From Azolla caroliniana (taxonomy: Eukaryota > Plantae > Polypodiophyta), in contig JBHGNT010000003.1 of the NCBI GenBank assembly GCA_043228905.1, forward strand, positions 26,102,001 to 26,166,000: a stretch of 64,000 nucleotides of DNA, given 5' to 3'. Shown piece by piece: positions 36,901 to 50,271 of this stretch. A program made the position numbers and the translations under genes. The first letter of the stretch is position 1; every line of letters starts with the position of its first letter. A model generated the notes under the pieces. The model had not been told where the DNA came from. It ran no database searches and was given only the letters and a program-made list of their open reading frames with translations.

Positions 36901-39900
36901 CTCGTTGATAACATCTCTAGTTTGCAAATTTTTATCTGAACAATAGTACATAGCTATATAGTCCAAATAAATTCTATATAAATAAAAGAATAAATGCAAG
37001 TAATAAATAAGCAGGGGGAACTCACAGCCTTCCACAATATTCAATTGTGGTATTTCTGCACATCTAGAAATACCCACAAATGAAGTATTAAATAAACAGC
37101 AGGACACCGAGTTGTGGTATCTCTATATCTCTAGGAATACCTTCTGTCTTATTTTCATGAATCTATCCTTATTATTAGTTGCTTTACTTGACTAATGTAT
37201 TATTACCTGATTTACTTGACGAATGTATTATTAACTGCTTTACTTGACTAAGTTTTTTAGAATTTATGTTTTGAAGCCACTTACAAACCATAGAAGCTAG
37301 ACCAAAAAGTCGAAGAATTCCTGCAAGCTCACGGTAAAGCTTACAGCCAACAGTCTGATTGAACCATGGAGGCATTTGTGGAAGCTTCTTAGGTTCATGT
37401 ATTTCATTTACAACTCTATTTTGGGATATTTCACTTTCTACTGAAGAGGAGGATCTATGAGATAAACCCATATAGTTTACTTTTCCAATTTCATCTGTTG
37501 TCAACTCCAAAATTCCTGAAACATATCCTGGAGATTTAATGTCTTCAAAGTTTAACTGCTTTAGTGAGCCAACCAAAGTTGTATTGAAGCTGAAGCACTG
37601 AAACATAACCTTTAGAAATTGTGTGGTTGTAGCCTGTTCAAATTTTTAAAATTTTATTTATTTCATACAAAATCAGGAAATTAAAACATAATGTTTCAAG
37701 GTTCTTTTCGAGCAGAACTTATATAGGGATCAGAGTAAAAGATACATACTGGAGACTGAAAAATACATTCAGCAACACCTTCTGGACCACCAAAAAGCAT
37801 AGCTGCAAGAAGCTGCCGACAAAGGAATACAATTACACTCTCATCTGCTGAAAACAGTGCTTTTGGTAGCCTTTCAATCAACCTGAAATTTTATTAATAT
37901 TATACCAGCAAATATCCATACAGCAATACAGAATGCAGTCAATCAACCGAATAAATATTATGAATTCCTACTTCATTATTAGAAACCACTCTCATACATT
38001 TCAATACTTTTACAACAAAACAGATGTATACCTGTAGATAACCTTTTTGATGTCACCTTTGACGCCTTCACAAACACCAGATTTCTCTTTGGTTAAAAAA
38101 TAAATATAAGCATCTGCTGCAGAGGCAACGTGCAGCCGTTCATCACATGCCATTGCCAGCAAGCATTCCTACACATTGTACAGTAAATGTTAGTGTATCT
38201 CTTTATATTTCAGGTGAATCACATCACAGCCCAATTTCTAAAGACAGAATATACATGCCAGAAGAGTTGGCATGAAGGACTCCAAGGTGAGCTGACAAGT
38301 TATTATAAGCATTGCAACTCCTTCAGTAATTGCAAGCCTAACTACTGAAGAAGGATGTCTACATAACTGCCATTACAAAAAGAGAGTTATTGCGTGCACT
38401 AAAAAAAGAAATTCCTCGATAAAAAATACACTTACTGCAGGGTAGCAAAGTGATAATAGAGTGTGAATCCTTTTAATGGTGTATTCCAACCATGCTTCAT
38501 GTCTTTCCACACGCAGCTTTCCAGAATCTTCATCATTATCTGTTGGCGTGGGGTCCTTTTTTCTACATTCTGATGTTATTCCTTGAAAATCAAGTTCACT
38601 TATCTCAGAATGCATAGTCTGTTTGTTAATGTTTTGCGTCTCATTTCTTATTCTTATTGTATGCAGCATTGAAAATGCTGTCTCACCAGCCTCATACCTA
38701 ATAGGAGGTCTTATGACAGAATGGTTAGAGTTTTTATTTTTATGTAAGGCATTTATATTCCTCTCATCAGCCAGTACTAGAACAATGAGTTCAGTCAAAG
38801 CTCTTAAAGCTTGTGCAACTGCCAAGGAACTCCCTGCTGCGCCACTTGGGTATGAGAGTTCTGACATGCCATTATTCATCTTCTTTGAGCTCTGCACAGA
38901 CTTCACAAGACGACTTGCAATGCCAGGTAAGAAGAAAGCCAATGCATCTGCAGTGCCAACCTGAGAAATATTAACCACATATTAGCACTAAGAAGACCAT
39001 TTTTTGTAACATAAAATCACATAAAATAATTCAAATAAGCACATTTTACCTTCTTTTCATTGAGGATATTCTTGCTAACATCTATTAGGGTTTCAACACT
39101 TCAAATGGTATTTCGTAGGATATAAAATAAAACAGTCTACTTTGTTATGAACCCACATTATTCTCCCTTAAAAATTCATTGAAACTTTTAAATCCACTTG
39201 GTTTAACAGCTTCAATTCATTCACAAATGTAATAACTGTCCAATTCAAAGTATATGATTCATATTCAATGTTCTCAACAGGATTTCACAATGTTGCCAGG
39301 CATAAACTAGAGAGCCCATTATTTTTACTTTTAACGTTCCAATTTACAGTCATCACCTTTACAAGCAAGACACGAACTGTTGCAAGAGCATCAACCCGCA
39401 ATTTAGCACTGCCGATCCCTCCTCTCAAGGCCTCTGTCTCTGAGATCTGAAACAAGAAAGTGAATACAACATGCTGTGATAATTACTATGTTGTCATTAC
39501 AAGTGCAAGGAAATAACTACATACTTGAAGTAAAATTAGCCATAAACTAGCAACATATAAGTTACGGGTGCAAGGAAATAACTACATACTTGAAGTAAAA
39601 GAGATAACAAATGGCCAACAGCAATAGACATGGTTTCTGACTGGAGAAACTCAATCAGACATTCATCATGTCCATCCACAGTTTCTTCTTTTCTCTGTTT
39701 CAATGTGTTCTCTGTTGTAGATATTAGATCTACTTTAAGACCACCATCTCCAAGAATGATATGGGCAGGCAAAACATTTGAATGGCAATTACAAGAAGCC
39801 CTGCCACATTTTGTTAATCCTCCGATCAATGCCTTAAGGCACTTTACAGCTCCATGGCGGATTTCTTCAGAGGCTTCGTCTGTTGACAATGATGCCGTTG

Positions 39901-42900
39901 CAGTGAATTTCCTCAACAGCACATTCATCTGATGTAGGACTCTATATCATTAGTTATATTGAAATCATTCAGTACAAACACTGTAAGCATGCCAATAAAA
40001 AGGTGATAACAATTTGAGATGATCTGGTGTGCGCACTGGCTTTCTCATATAAATCATATGAGAACATTTTAAGATGTATCCTCTGCTTCAGTCTTACAGG
40101 CCATTTTGGCCTCTTGACAGACCTTAGTATTTCTTTCTTACTTACTTTCTTTCTTTTTTCTGTTGTCTCCCTTTGTAAGAAAGTAAGTTCGGAACATGAT
40201 TGAGTAAAACTAATTATTATTGTTGAGAATAAGGTTGGGATTAGGATTGTTCATTTCTTTATAGAGATTATTGAAAAAGTACATAAATGCTCATGGGACA
40301 TTAAACTGGATCTATGGGGCCAAGCAAGACCTTCACCTATACTTGGGAGATGGACAGACTGAAGATATTATTGTACAGAACAATCATCCTTGAGTGGGTT
40401 TGATAAACCAGAACAATGTCACTAGAAAACCTAGCTTAACAATGAGCTTTGAACTGTGATTACCTAGGTTCAATACTCAAAAACCCATGTGATTGTTCTA
40501 TACATTAACAACATAATGTGATAGAGTTTTCACCAGTGATACCATTATTTAGCTGTTTTTCTTGCACATTAGAGCTACTATGCCTATGTCTTCAAGCTGA
40601 GCTTTTACCTTGGTCCAGTAAACTTGTACTTAATTATTAAACCCCACAAAATCTACAGTAATACGCAGACTTAACATTGTACATTTTTTTGAGTATTCAA
40701 CCTAGGATTAATGAGATTTGCACAGTGATTTAGGATAAATTATTTACATGTGTGATTTCTCATAAAAAGCACTAGCCGAATAATAAATTCTCATTGAAAA
40801 GATGACAGTTTGCTTATGTTGTATTGCGTATTATAACATGTTTGAAAAGGGATTATTCCAGTTATTAAGTCAACAACCAAATAGAAACTGGATTTATATG
40901 ATGACAGATGCACTACAAGTGTATGATGAAATCTTCAAATTAAGTGAAGATAATTTAGGCCTGTCGTAAAAGAAATTATATTATTATTTTTGTTGACAGA
41001 AAACTAAAGATCAATCCTTTTGGTATAAATATACAGCCCAATAGAAAAAGTGTTTAAAAGAAAACATGCATTGATATCCTAATCATTAAGGGCATCCTCT
41101 TTGAATGATTCATGTAAAATAATTAAGGGCATAACAAACTTTTAAGTCACAATAACAGAATTGCAATGTGTAGGTTATTGATATTTTTTTATGTGGATCA
41201 TTCTGAGACTACTAGAAGACTTTACTGTCCTTTGTCGTGAGGATCCATTCCATGATCATTCTAAAACTATAACTATCTTGCATTCTCAAAATTTTAATAA
41301 TGTCTGTAATAGATTTCACCAATTTTGAGAGTGCATACTCCATTCTCCATGAGTCTCTATGCTCTCAGCATAATTACCACAGTTCAATCCAGAAAGAATC
41401 TAAACGATTATTTTCCCATCCATATTTCTACAATAAAGGACCGATTCTCTTCTTTAGCTTCCTTCTCTTTCTCTAAACAATCCAACCAACGATAACACCT
41501 ACAACCAATTCACTTTGTGACCGCAACTTTGCATGTCATTTACCCCCATGATTGCCTTGTCACTCGATCTTCTTGATGACTTTCTGTAAGTTTTCTCTTC
41601 AATTTCCTTACAGAACAGTTCCATCCAGCATAGCCACGTCACTTGCTTTGAGTTTGAACGACCAACCAAAACTCAATGGAGCCATCATCTCAAGAATAGA
41701 CTACAGGAATGTTATCGAATACCATGGGCATCAACAGGAATAACTTGAAAATTGACATAATTCTCCTGCTATGAGAATTGAAATAACTTGATAAACATAT
41801 GAAAATCTATAAGGAAGACAAATTAGGTACAGACCTATGAAACTATCACCCTACAAACTATCACCGCCACATTTGGTTAGGTCAAGAATTAGCACAAAAT
41901 CTAAATGAACGAATTTGCCAAAAGTTCCATGGCCTAGTGGCTTCCTTATCATATTTCCAAAACAGGCTCACTAGAAAAGGTGGAAAAAAGACAGCCACCA
42001 TGATCAATAATGAGTACAGGTAATCTCCTCATGACTTATATGAGCTCTTGAAGAATTGTTGACTGTGTACACTTTTTCCTATTACATTGTATAGAATATC
42101 TTATCTAAATTATGTATACACCCATTCCCTTAAAAACTGTCAAATAGGTAGTCGTATTTCCTAGTGAATATAGCAAAGTGCACGAAAGAAACATTCCTGG
42201 TGATTAAAAGTTTCTCATCCACGGGAACAGGGTTTCTTTTTGGTGTTTTTCTATTTTACTCACCATGCGGTATTTAAAAAAACTTGATTTTAGGGTAATC
42301 TTGCACTTTAATTATTAAAAAACCCTTTAAAATTTTGAAATTGAAGGTAAATTGGCCTCGGAGATATTTCTCAGGAGAAAAAACTTCGTAAAACAGAGAG
42401 GTTGTTGTTTAATTTGTGCAAACCTTTTAGTAGAGTTAATTTTTTTCCAAAAATCATCAAAATTATACAATTTTATGCAAACCTTTCAGTTTAACTAAAT
42501 GAGAATGAGAAAGCACCTGTGTTTTAGAAGTTATGGCACATCTCAGTAACAGCTCTTCTAAACACAAGAGGACCCCCTCCGCAATCTTATCACCCACAAA
42601 AAAAAATTGCTCCGCATTCGCAGTCTCAGACCGACGTTTCACTCGACACAACACTGAAGCATCGAGAAGAAGCTGCAATGGGAAAAGAACATATCTGCAG
42701 AATGCATGGCCATGTTATCAAGTATTCATATTCATATACATAAACACACAAAAGCAACGTGCATATGTTTGTATGTATATATCCATGTATTAACATGTGT
42801 ATGCAATGAATTGTGCATACGTTGTGTGCATGTGGAAATAGATAGGTGGTACATATAAATACATGCATGTATACAAACACATGTATATTGTACATATATG

Positions 42901-43233
42901 TATGCTCATTCACGTGCACATACATACACACGTGCATACATGTGCACATACATAAACGGATACATCTATAAGTGTCAATGAGGAACGGAGGATTTGTTAC
43001 TCTAAGCAAAGACGCAGGCCCGCAGGAGGAACAATTGTTATGGCTTCGCGGAGAGACCAGAGCATCGAAGACGAAGGAGAAGGAGAAGGAGAGGGGATGT
43101 GGGTGAGGTCTGAATGATCTCTGGTGTGGAGTGGGAGCTCTAGGAGTCGGGAACAGAAGGGTTGCAGTGTGGAGAAAGCCGTCTTCGCTGCCGCTGCCTC
43201 GGCCTCGGCCGAAGGAGATACAGTAGTAGCCTC

Positions 43234-43236
<3 letters not shown>
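30973..43236 (-). CDS. TTI1: TELO2-interacting protein 1 homolog (ARM/HEAT repeat, TTT complex), 17 coding exons, about 1358 aa
   Basis: Exons 43236-43001, 42694-42517, 39928-39590, 39446-39357, 38960-38436, 38366-38259, 38168-38032, 37882-37750, 37633-37285, 36736-36288, 36195-36016, 35898-35740, 35653-35579, 35232-35127, 32132-31936, 31868-31677 and 31596-30973 form one frame. Motifs: YVLFPL.LLLDA, EASEEIR.G..KC, LAFFLPG..S.L.K, DYIIDSLCRQL.H.DLHP..P, LLPTMNNVWP.LV, GGEFFTRRF, DADLIW. Confidence 0.9.
33063..33110 (-). mobile_element. Isolated LINE 3' terminus with (TTTC)n tail
   Basis: Reverse strand ATTTTGGCCTCTTAAAGTTCTTAAAATTTCTTTCTTTCTTTCTTTC. Confidence 0.5.
34230..34625 (+). mobile_element. 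Ty3/Gypsy integrase C-terminal remnant, possibly with a chromodomain, in a TTI1 intron
   Basis: Broken frames read EVGDQVFLQL, KLSRRFSGP, IINKVGKVAYKFELP and MHPVVCVSRFRK (GPY/F module), then KILETR..RKAFPDF. Confidence 0.75.
39503..39600 (-). repeat. Perfect 33-bp direct duplication spanning the TTI1 exon 3 splice donor
   Basis: GTGCAAGGAAATAACTACATACTTGAAGTAAAA at 39503-39535 and 39568-39600. Confidence 0.92.
40092..40154 (+). mobile_element. Isolated LINE 3' terminus with TTTC/TTAC tail
   Basis: TCTTACAGGCCATTTTGGCCTCTTGACAGACCTTAGTATTTCTTTCTTACTTACTTTCTTTC. Confidence 0.55.
40463..40706. mobile_element. MITE candidate (244 bp)
   Basis: 21-bp terminal inverted repeat with one mismatch (CCTAGGTTCAATACTCAAAAA and TTTTTGAGTATTCAACCTAGG), flanked on both sides by ATTA. 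Confidence 0.6.
41330..41900 (-). mobile_element. Highly decayed Gypsy-like integrase remnant
   Basis: Fragments RKLKKRIGPFIV-like and VAMLDGTVL resemble the integrase C-terminus; many disruptions. Confidence 0.35.
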
Positions 43237-43268
<32 letters not shown>

Positions 43269-43432
43269 TCTCCTGTGTATGTATGTATCTATGTATCTAT
43301 GTAGCTCCGAGTTCTCTCCTGTGTCTGTAGGTGCTGTTTCTGTAATTCCCTGAATGCCCCTGTCGTTCTTTTTCTTTTTCTTATTATTATCATCATTCTT
43401 CTTCTTCTTCTTCTTCTTCTTCTTCTTCTTCT
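43237..43432. repeat. (CT)n and (TTC)n microsatellites directly upstream of the TTI1 ATG
   Basis: Visible simple repeats; they explain the spurious poly-K and poly-F ORFs in the track. Confidence 0.9.
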
Positions 43433-44249
43433 CTATACATATAGCCCTCTCGATTTTCCCATTATTCCCATTACACCCCTCTCCTCTTTTCAAACCCCCC
43501 ACCAAAATACATATTGCTCCCTCCACTCCTCTCTCTCTCCATAGAAAACTCGGGAGAATGAATGAATGAACAAACGAACGAACGAAAGAGAGAAAGACGA
43601 TTTCACTGTCAATTGATGACCTGCACTAAGACCTAATAACCATGCACATCTTAACATGTGTGTCTCATCTCTAAGATTATCATGTAAATGATCTATCAAT
43701 CCTACATGCTCAACATACAACGGGAATACGCAGTTGGCTCATTGTTATGGAGCTAGGATGGACAAATATCTATAATTGGTGACACGTGCAAAAGAGGGTC
43801 AACCACTCTCAAGCATATTGACAGAGTGAAGTAACTTACCTTGTGAATCATTCTCTCACATACACTCTCATACCTTGTAAACCTTAAAAACATGTAAGTG
43901 AAACAACTTAACCATCATTCTTAGGTACCATAGAAATGGCTTAAGAGCATGTTATATCTCATTCATGTGCATGTGTGTGTGAGATACCACAACAACTCCG
44001 TAGGTAGAAAGGGAAGTTTATTTGGCTTGTATGGGGATGTTTCCCCAATATGAGGTAGATTTAATTCATTTAGTATTACAACACATGGGAGGGTTTACAT
44101 TATCATATTGTTACTAATGAAGTGGTGGAGATAGCAAGTGTTGTATTGTCATCATGTTTTAATAACAAACATAGATTTATGAAGAAAAAGAAAAAAAGGA
44201 GAGGGAGGGAGGGAGGAAAAACCAACAGAGGTTGTACATTTGGGAGAAT

Positions 44250-44900
44250 CTAATGTGGTTGATAATCAATCTCAAAGGTTACCGGAATTTGAAGATGCCA
44301 AATGATGGTTATGTATTCCCTCAAATTATGGATTTATTTGCAAGAAATTACAAGATATACCATTGTTGCATGGATCATTGCCATTGAAAACAAAAGTTGC
44401 ACATTGGGTGGATTGGCGGTTAAAGGATGGTACACACTTTTTACAAGTCACTACACATATGATGAATCATCATGCAATGACATCATTATCTTAGCTATCA
44501 CCATAAGCATAAAAGGTATGGATTGTATGTAAGTCAAATGCAAGATGGGGGGAAATATTACAACGTGGTTGGCATTCCCATCCGCCATTTCGTGCAAAGG
44601 TATTCATATGAAAAATTATGATTAGTGGGTTCCCATTAGGTTCTACCTTAAAGAGATGAAGATTAGGGTTGAGCACTTGTTTATTTTGCACCATTCCATT
44701 GGAGGACAATACACATAGATTCATTAAATGTCCTATAGTGTGTACCGTCTGGAAGCATTTATGAGACATTTGGCAAGTTTTACCCCATTGTTATTTGAGA
44801 TCTTAGCAATGTGTTTTTTCTCAGTATGTTCAAAATGGTTCAAATGATGAGATGGAGATATTGTTCCAATTTTTACGTTATTGGGGACTACAACACAATT
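44250..44900 (+). mobile_element. Decayed L1-like LINE fragment (post-RT zinc-binding region)
   Basis: Weak remnants such as LKLWIYLQ and GSLPLKTKVAHW; many stops and frameshifts. Confidence 0.3.
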
Positions 44901-45399
44901 GGAATATGTGTAATGCATTCATGTTTAAAAGTGAACACGGGGTGAAAGCCTATATGAAGAAGTTGAAAGGTGTTCTTATGTAGAATTTATGGACGTTAGA
45001 GCACGTGGAGATCATTTCCTCAAATGCATATTCATGTTTTCTATTGACATTACAAGACGTCCCTCTCCCTACATAGGATAGGTAAGTAGAGGAGACTGTG
45101 AAGTGTCGCAACTGTGGATTTCACATGCAATTAATATAATTGTGTGCTTTTACCCCAAAAAAGGAGTAAAAACCAACGATCAAGTTCAAGATGGAAAAAT
45201 GAGGAAGGAAGAGATAGAAAAGTTACGCTCGAACTTTTGTACCTCTTTACATTTTAGTAGTTAGATATTTGCGTAAAGGCATTTCTTCAAGGGTTATTAT
45301 AGATCCCTTCATCCCGGTTATTTTGCACTAACAGTAGCATAATTGGAGAAGCTAGACAAGTCAAAGTATATTGCTTTTACTTAACACAATGGGCGTACA

Positions 45400-46560
45400 C
45401 TCCTAGTGCATCAATGTAGGAAAAGGTTAGTCATAATTCACGAGTTTCAAATAAAGTCAAGAAGATGTTGCGAAGCGAGGTTTTAAGTAGGTTGCATGGA
45501 ATGAAGGGATGATGTTGTGACTGTACAAATTTTATGATGTTATTGTAACTATTTCAAATACGGGAAATACATATATGATTCCACATATTAAAAGGTGCAC
45601 CAAAACAACATATGTGGGTTGTGCTTGCACAAATGTTTATTGATATAATATTATTGAGAGCTAGGAATTCTATTCATGACAAGGTGTATCTCAATGAGGT
45701 GGAGGTGATAGTAGACCGAATCAAATAAGTTTGAATTTCAATTGGAACTCATATTAGCAACCACAAATTGATTGAGATGTTACATCTAGTGGAGGTGGAG
45801 GTGGAAGATCGACATGCAATCAAGGAAGAGGTAGAGGTAGACAACAATGGAATAAACAACACAACAAACAAGGTAATCAAAGTCCTCTCATGTGCACATA
45901 TTGTGATGAAATAGGTCACCATGCATGAGGCTATTGGTATCATGAAAGTAATATTAAGAAAGGAAAATTTGCACAAATAAGTTTGCATCAAAAGATAAAA
46001 TGCCATCAAGTAGCTATGATTATATGAGTACACATATAGTGATGATGAGAATGCAACAAATTCGACCACATTTGAATGATATATGGTACATCGGGCATTG
46101 GTTTCGTCTCTTCAAACCACGTGTCTAGAAATAGTGTTTTGTTTAATCAAACAACTAAAATGATTGTGCCTAACCAAATAATTTTGGGAAATGGCATGTG
46201 TTATATTGATAAGAGTAGTGGCGATGTTAAAATTGTGCATATTGTGCTTGGAGTAACCCAAAATTTATTATTGGTTGCTCAACTTGTCGAGAAACAATTT
46301 GATATGTTATTTCCAAATGATGGTCGTAAAGTTACTCACACTAAAAATAATGTATAGGTTGTCATTGGAAGTAAAGTCGACTCATGCTTGTCTTAGATAA
46401 TATAAACAAAAGTGTTTAGTTACTTTTGAGAAAAATGATTATTAGTTGCAGCATGGAAGATTTAGCATGTAAAAATGATTATTAGTTGTGGCATGTTGAT
46501 ATTCTCATAACCATAGAAATTGAATGTTTGTTAGCAAATGGTAAGAAGCGATTGGAAGAT
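45400..46560 (+). mobile_element. Ty1/Copia gag-protease remnant
   Basis: G/R-rich linker then a zinc knuckle (GRGRGR..CTYCDEIGHHA) at ~45820-45930, followed by protease-region IILGNG..GDV..VLGVTQNLLLVAQLV..FDMLF at 46180-46320. Confidence 0.75.
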
Positions 46561-47568
46561 ATGCTAAGGGGGTTGATTTTGAACAAAACATAGACAAATG
46601 CATTTGGTAAGTAAAAACAAAATAAATTATGGGAAAGTCTATTCTAGAACCCGAATCATTGGACATCTTCTTACATTAAAGTTATTGACCACAAAAAACA
46701 TAAAGAGCTCAAGTACCTATCCATGTGTCAACATGCACTAAAAACTAATTGTATGTTAGGATGTCTCATCAAATATGTAAGAAAAATCTAGTGACAGATA
46801 TCATAGGAAGATCATCATGAGTGAGATTGACAAATAATATGAAGCATATTACCTCAAGTGACGTGAAGATCGTTCTCTATCTATGCTTTATTTGATAGTT
46901 GGGAAATCATCTTCCCTAAAGTTAAGATGAATAGTGGGTGGCATGCTAAAGATAAATCATACTTAATTGATAGTTGTTGAAACACATTGGAATATGTTGC
47001 ATAAGCTACTATTAAGCTAAGAAATGTGTGTGCTTGGTTTGGTGAATGATTAAGACCCACCATGAGGATCAAATTTACCACGAATGGTGTCATAGTGACG
47101 TACATGGCCATTGCTTGGTCATTAGGAAATCATTGTCATTACACTTTGACCATTATAGTTACTAAAGAGTATTAAGTTTAGCACAGTGCCACTTCTCAAT
47201 ATGCACTAAATATACATCATTAATTCAATCACATTCGATCAATTATTACTTCTTGAGCTCACAAATTGAACAAATTGTTTTAATCGCGAGGCTACATTCC
47301 CCTGTTAAATATGAACCCAGATCCACATAATATCAAAACGATAATTACTAAATATGAATGGCAAAACATGGTGTTAATGAAGTAAACCAAAGAAAGGAAG
47401 CCAATAACATGGTTTGTCTTGTTGGTCTATAAGCAGAGGAATTATTTTAAGCTATAATTACAAATATATCCTCATCGGTGACATTGTGTGGTCTTGGCAA
47501 AATCATTCGTAACAGCATTGGTTCCTCATGTCTGGCTCACAGTAATAACTTCACACCGGTATGTTATA

Positions 47569-50271
47569 TCACAAATACTTCTTTAAATCCTTCTGCATTT
47601 GAGAAAACAAAATGTCAGAAATCTCCTATGTACTATCTATGTTATGTTTTTTCCCCCCCAACACTTGATGTGTGGCAGATCATATTTCAGAAAATCTTAA
47701 TATATAATCCCCATATGATTTGAGTGATTCATAAGATATTTTGCTTTTACCTTTTGACAAAGGATATTCATCCCATTATATTAACCGAAAACAAAAGTAA
47801 ATACAAACATAACCATCGCCGTGGAAGAGTTCAATATGGATGTTTGTGAATGAAGAATAATTCAAATTTGAAAATGTGAACAAACATCTTAAATTTACCT
47901 CGATTTTAGATGGAGGTGTTGTTGGTCCATATCGTTCCACAACCTCCCCATTTTTATTCACCAAAAATTTGGTGAAGTTCCACTTGATAGCATCAACAAA
48001 AAGACCTCCCTTTGCATTTTTCAAAAACTTATAGAGCGGTGATGCATTGCTTCCATTCACATCAATCTATATATGTCACAACAGATAAATCATTCTTCCT
48101 GGCATTTATGCTCATAAATGGATGAATTTTGAAAATACAAGGGGTGGAGATAAAACATTAGGGATATTTTGGTTAACATTCCATGCTGCTTGAATCTGCC
48201 AAATATATCGACTAAATAACTTATATTTGTATGAAGAAACTACCTTGTCAAAGATCGGATACTCGGCCTTGAACCTTGTACACACGAAATTCTGAATATC
48301 CTCATTCGATCCCGGCTCCTGCCCACCGAATTGATTGCACGGGAAGGCAAGGATCTCCAATCCTATATAAATCGTAAATTCATGAACACAATAAGGGTTG
48401 ATTCCCAATAAGAAATAATCGTGAATAAACTGTGGAATGCTTTTAGAAACCTTCCCATTGCCAATATTATAAGTCTAAATGGAATTATATGCTAATTTAG
48501 GCTCGGGATGACGATATGCGAAAGAAAGTATGACACAAGATAATAATAAATGTTGACCAAAGGGCCATTGCCAATCGTAAAAATTCGTGGCGAACAGGAT
48601 GCAACTATGACACTAGATAAGAATCAACATTTGACAAGATGGGCAATGCCAATCATATTAACTCGTGGTGTTAAAAAGATAGATAATCAAACCAATTTGA
48701 GACATGTATACTTAGCTGCAAAAGCCCATAAACTTAGGTGGTTCTAATCCACAATGTGAGAATCATCATAGTGTGAAAATGTCTTGAGACTACTACTGTG
48801 TTATGTAGATAAATTTTAGATTTTAATCTAAACTATCAATAAACAACCTTGATCTTTGTATTTGGTGTAGATTTCTGTGAGCTCGGTGTAGTTGGATGTT
48901 GTTAGACCACTGCAAACAGATCCTTTGTTAGTAACACATCATCATGATATGTCATGACCTGACATTCAAAAAACTACTATAGAAACATTACTATGGAGGA
49001 AACTCTTACCACCTCCAGCATTCTATGGTAAGGCTAAAACTTAGTATGCTAAGACTCTTTTTAAGTATTTCAATGAATAAATAAATTTATTTGGAGAGCT
49101 GCACACGCACACGCCCCAGTTTATGCCCATTGCTAACTAAGTGTAAATAGCTCACTGATTTTAAGCATATAAATCAATTGATTACTTATAGAACTTTAAT
49201 ATATTAAGAGATAACAGGAAATGTACCATTGTGATGCCACGTTGACGATGATCAAGACTTTCCCTTTGTAAATGCCAAGATTCACATCATTTCCTCTGGA
49301 ATCCTAAATAAGAAAACACAGGTTTAATTAAATCTACCATAATGAATTTACCTTGAGTTTAAAATTTTATCGTTGGATCTCAAAGAAAAAATCCCAGAGT
49401 CAATGCAATCCAAAGAAATTTTATGCACATCAATGGATTTCTAAGAAAAATTGTTTCAGATCTCTGGTTCTTTGACAGACAATTGTCTACGTGATTCCAA
49501 GAAAACCCACTTAAAAACTGAAGTCTTGGCAGAAGAAATTCAGTACAAAGTTTTTGGGGGAAAAAAACCAATTTTAAATCTATGTCCCCCAGAAAAGCTT
49601 ACACAAACCTATACATTTGGGAGTCTATGTCTCTCTGAAAATACTATGCAAACCTATATTTTCTGGGAAAACCTACGCAGACGATTCCCAAGAAATCCTC
49701 CAAATATATCTTCCTGTAGACAAATACAGTTACAATGCATGTTTCACTGAAAGAGCACATTTGAATCTAATTTTTTCTATGGAGAACCAATCCCATCTAC
49801 GTGACTCCAACAAACCCCGCTTCAATCTAAAATTTCCTGGTAATGCTAAAAGAACTATTTAAATCTATGTTGATCTCCTGATTAATTAATAGACCCCTTT
49901 TAAGTCTGTGTTTGCTTGATTATAAAAAGGGAAATGCTTGAATCTGTGTTTGCATATAATGGAGCACCAGATTTCAATCTATATTTTCCTGATAAAAACC
50001 CATCCGAATGACAAGAACAGAAGGAAGTTTAGATCATTGCTTTTGTATTCAAATCTAGACATTTGTATTTTCGAAATAATCATTTAAATCTGATATTGGG
50101 TCGGGTCTACTACGAAAACACTTTACACTATGGAGGGGATTGAAGCGCATTTAATAACATAATTGGTTTGAATCCCAATCTTGCATCGAAGGAAACAGAG
50201 GCTATACAGGTTCGATTTCATACCTTCACCGAGATGTCATAGATGGAGGAGGGAAGAGAAGAAGAAGCCAT
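47569..50271 (-). CDS. GPX: Glutathione peroxidase-like protein A (Cys-type, thioredoxin-dependent plant GPX), 6 exons, 165 aa, no transit peptide
   Basis: Exons 50271-50224, 49303-49227, 48909-48848, 48362-48244, 48066-47899 and 47592-47569, with the canonical 77/62/119/168-nt internal exons. Motifs: [43 protein letters not shown]. Confidence 0.97.

Noticed and set aside
43140-43569. Poly-Lys and poly-Phe ORFs
   Set aside because: They are translations of (TTC)n and (CT)n microsatellites upstream of TTI1.
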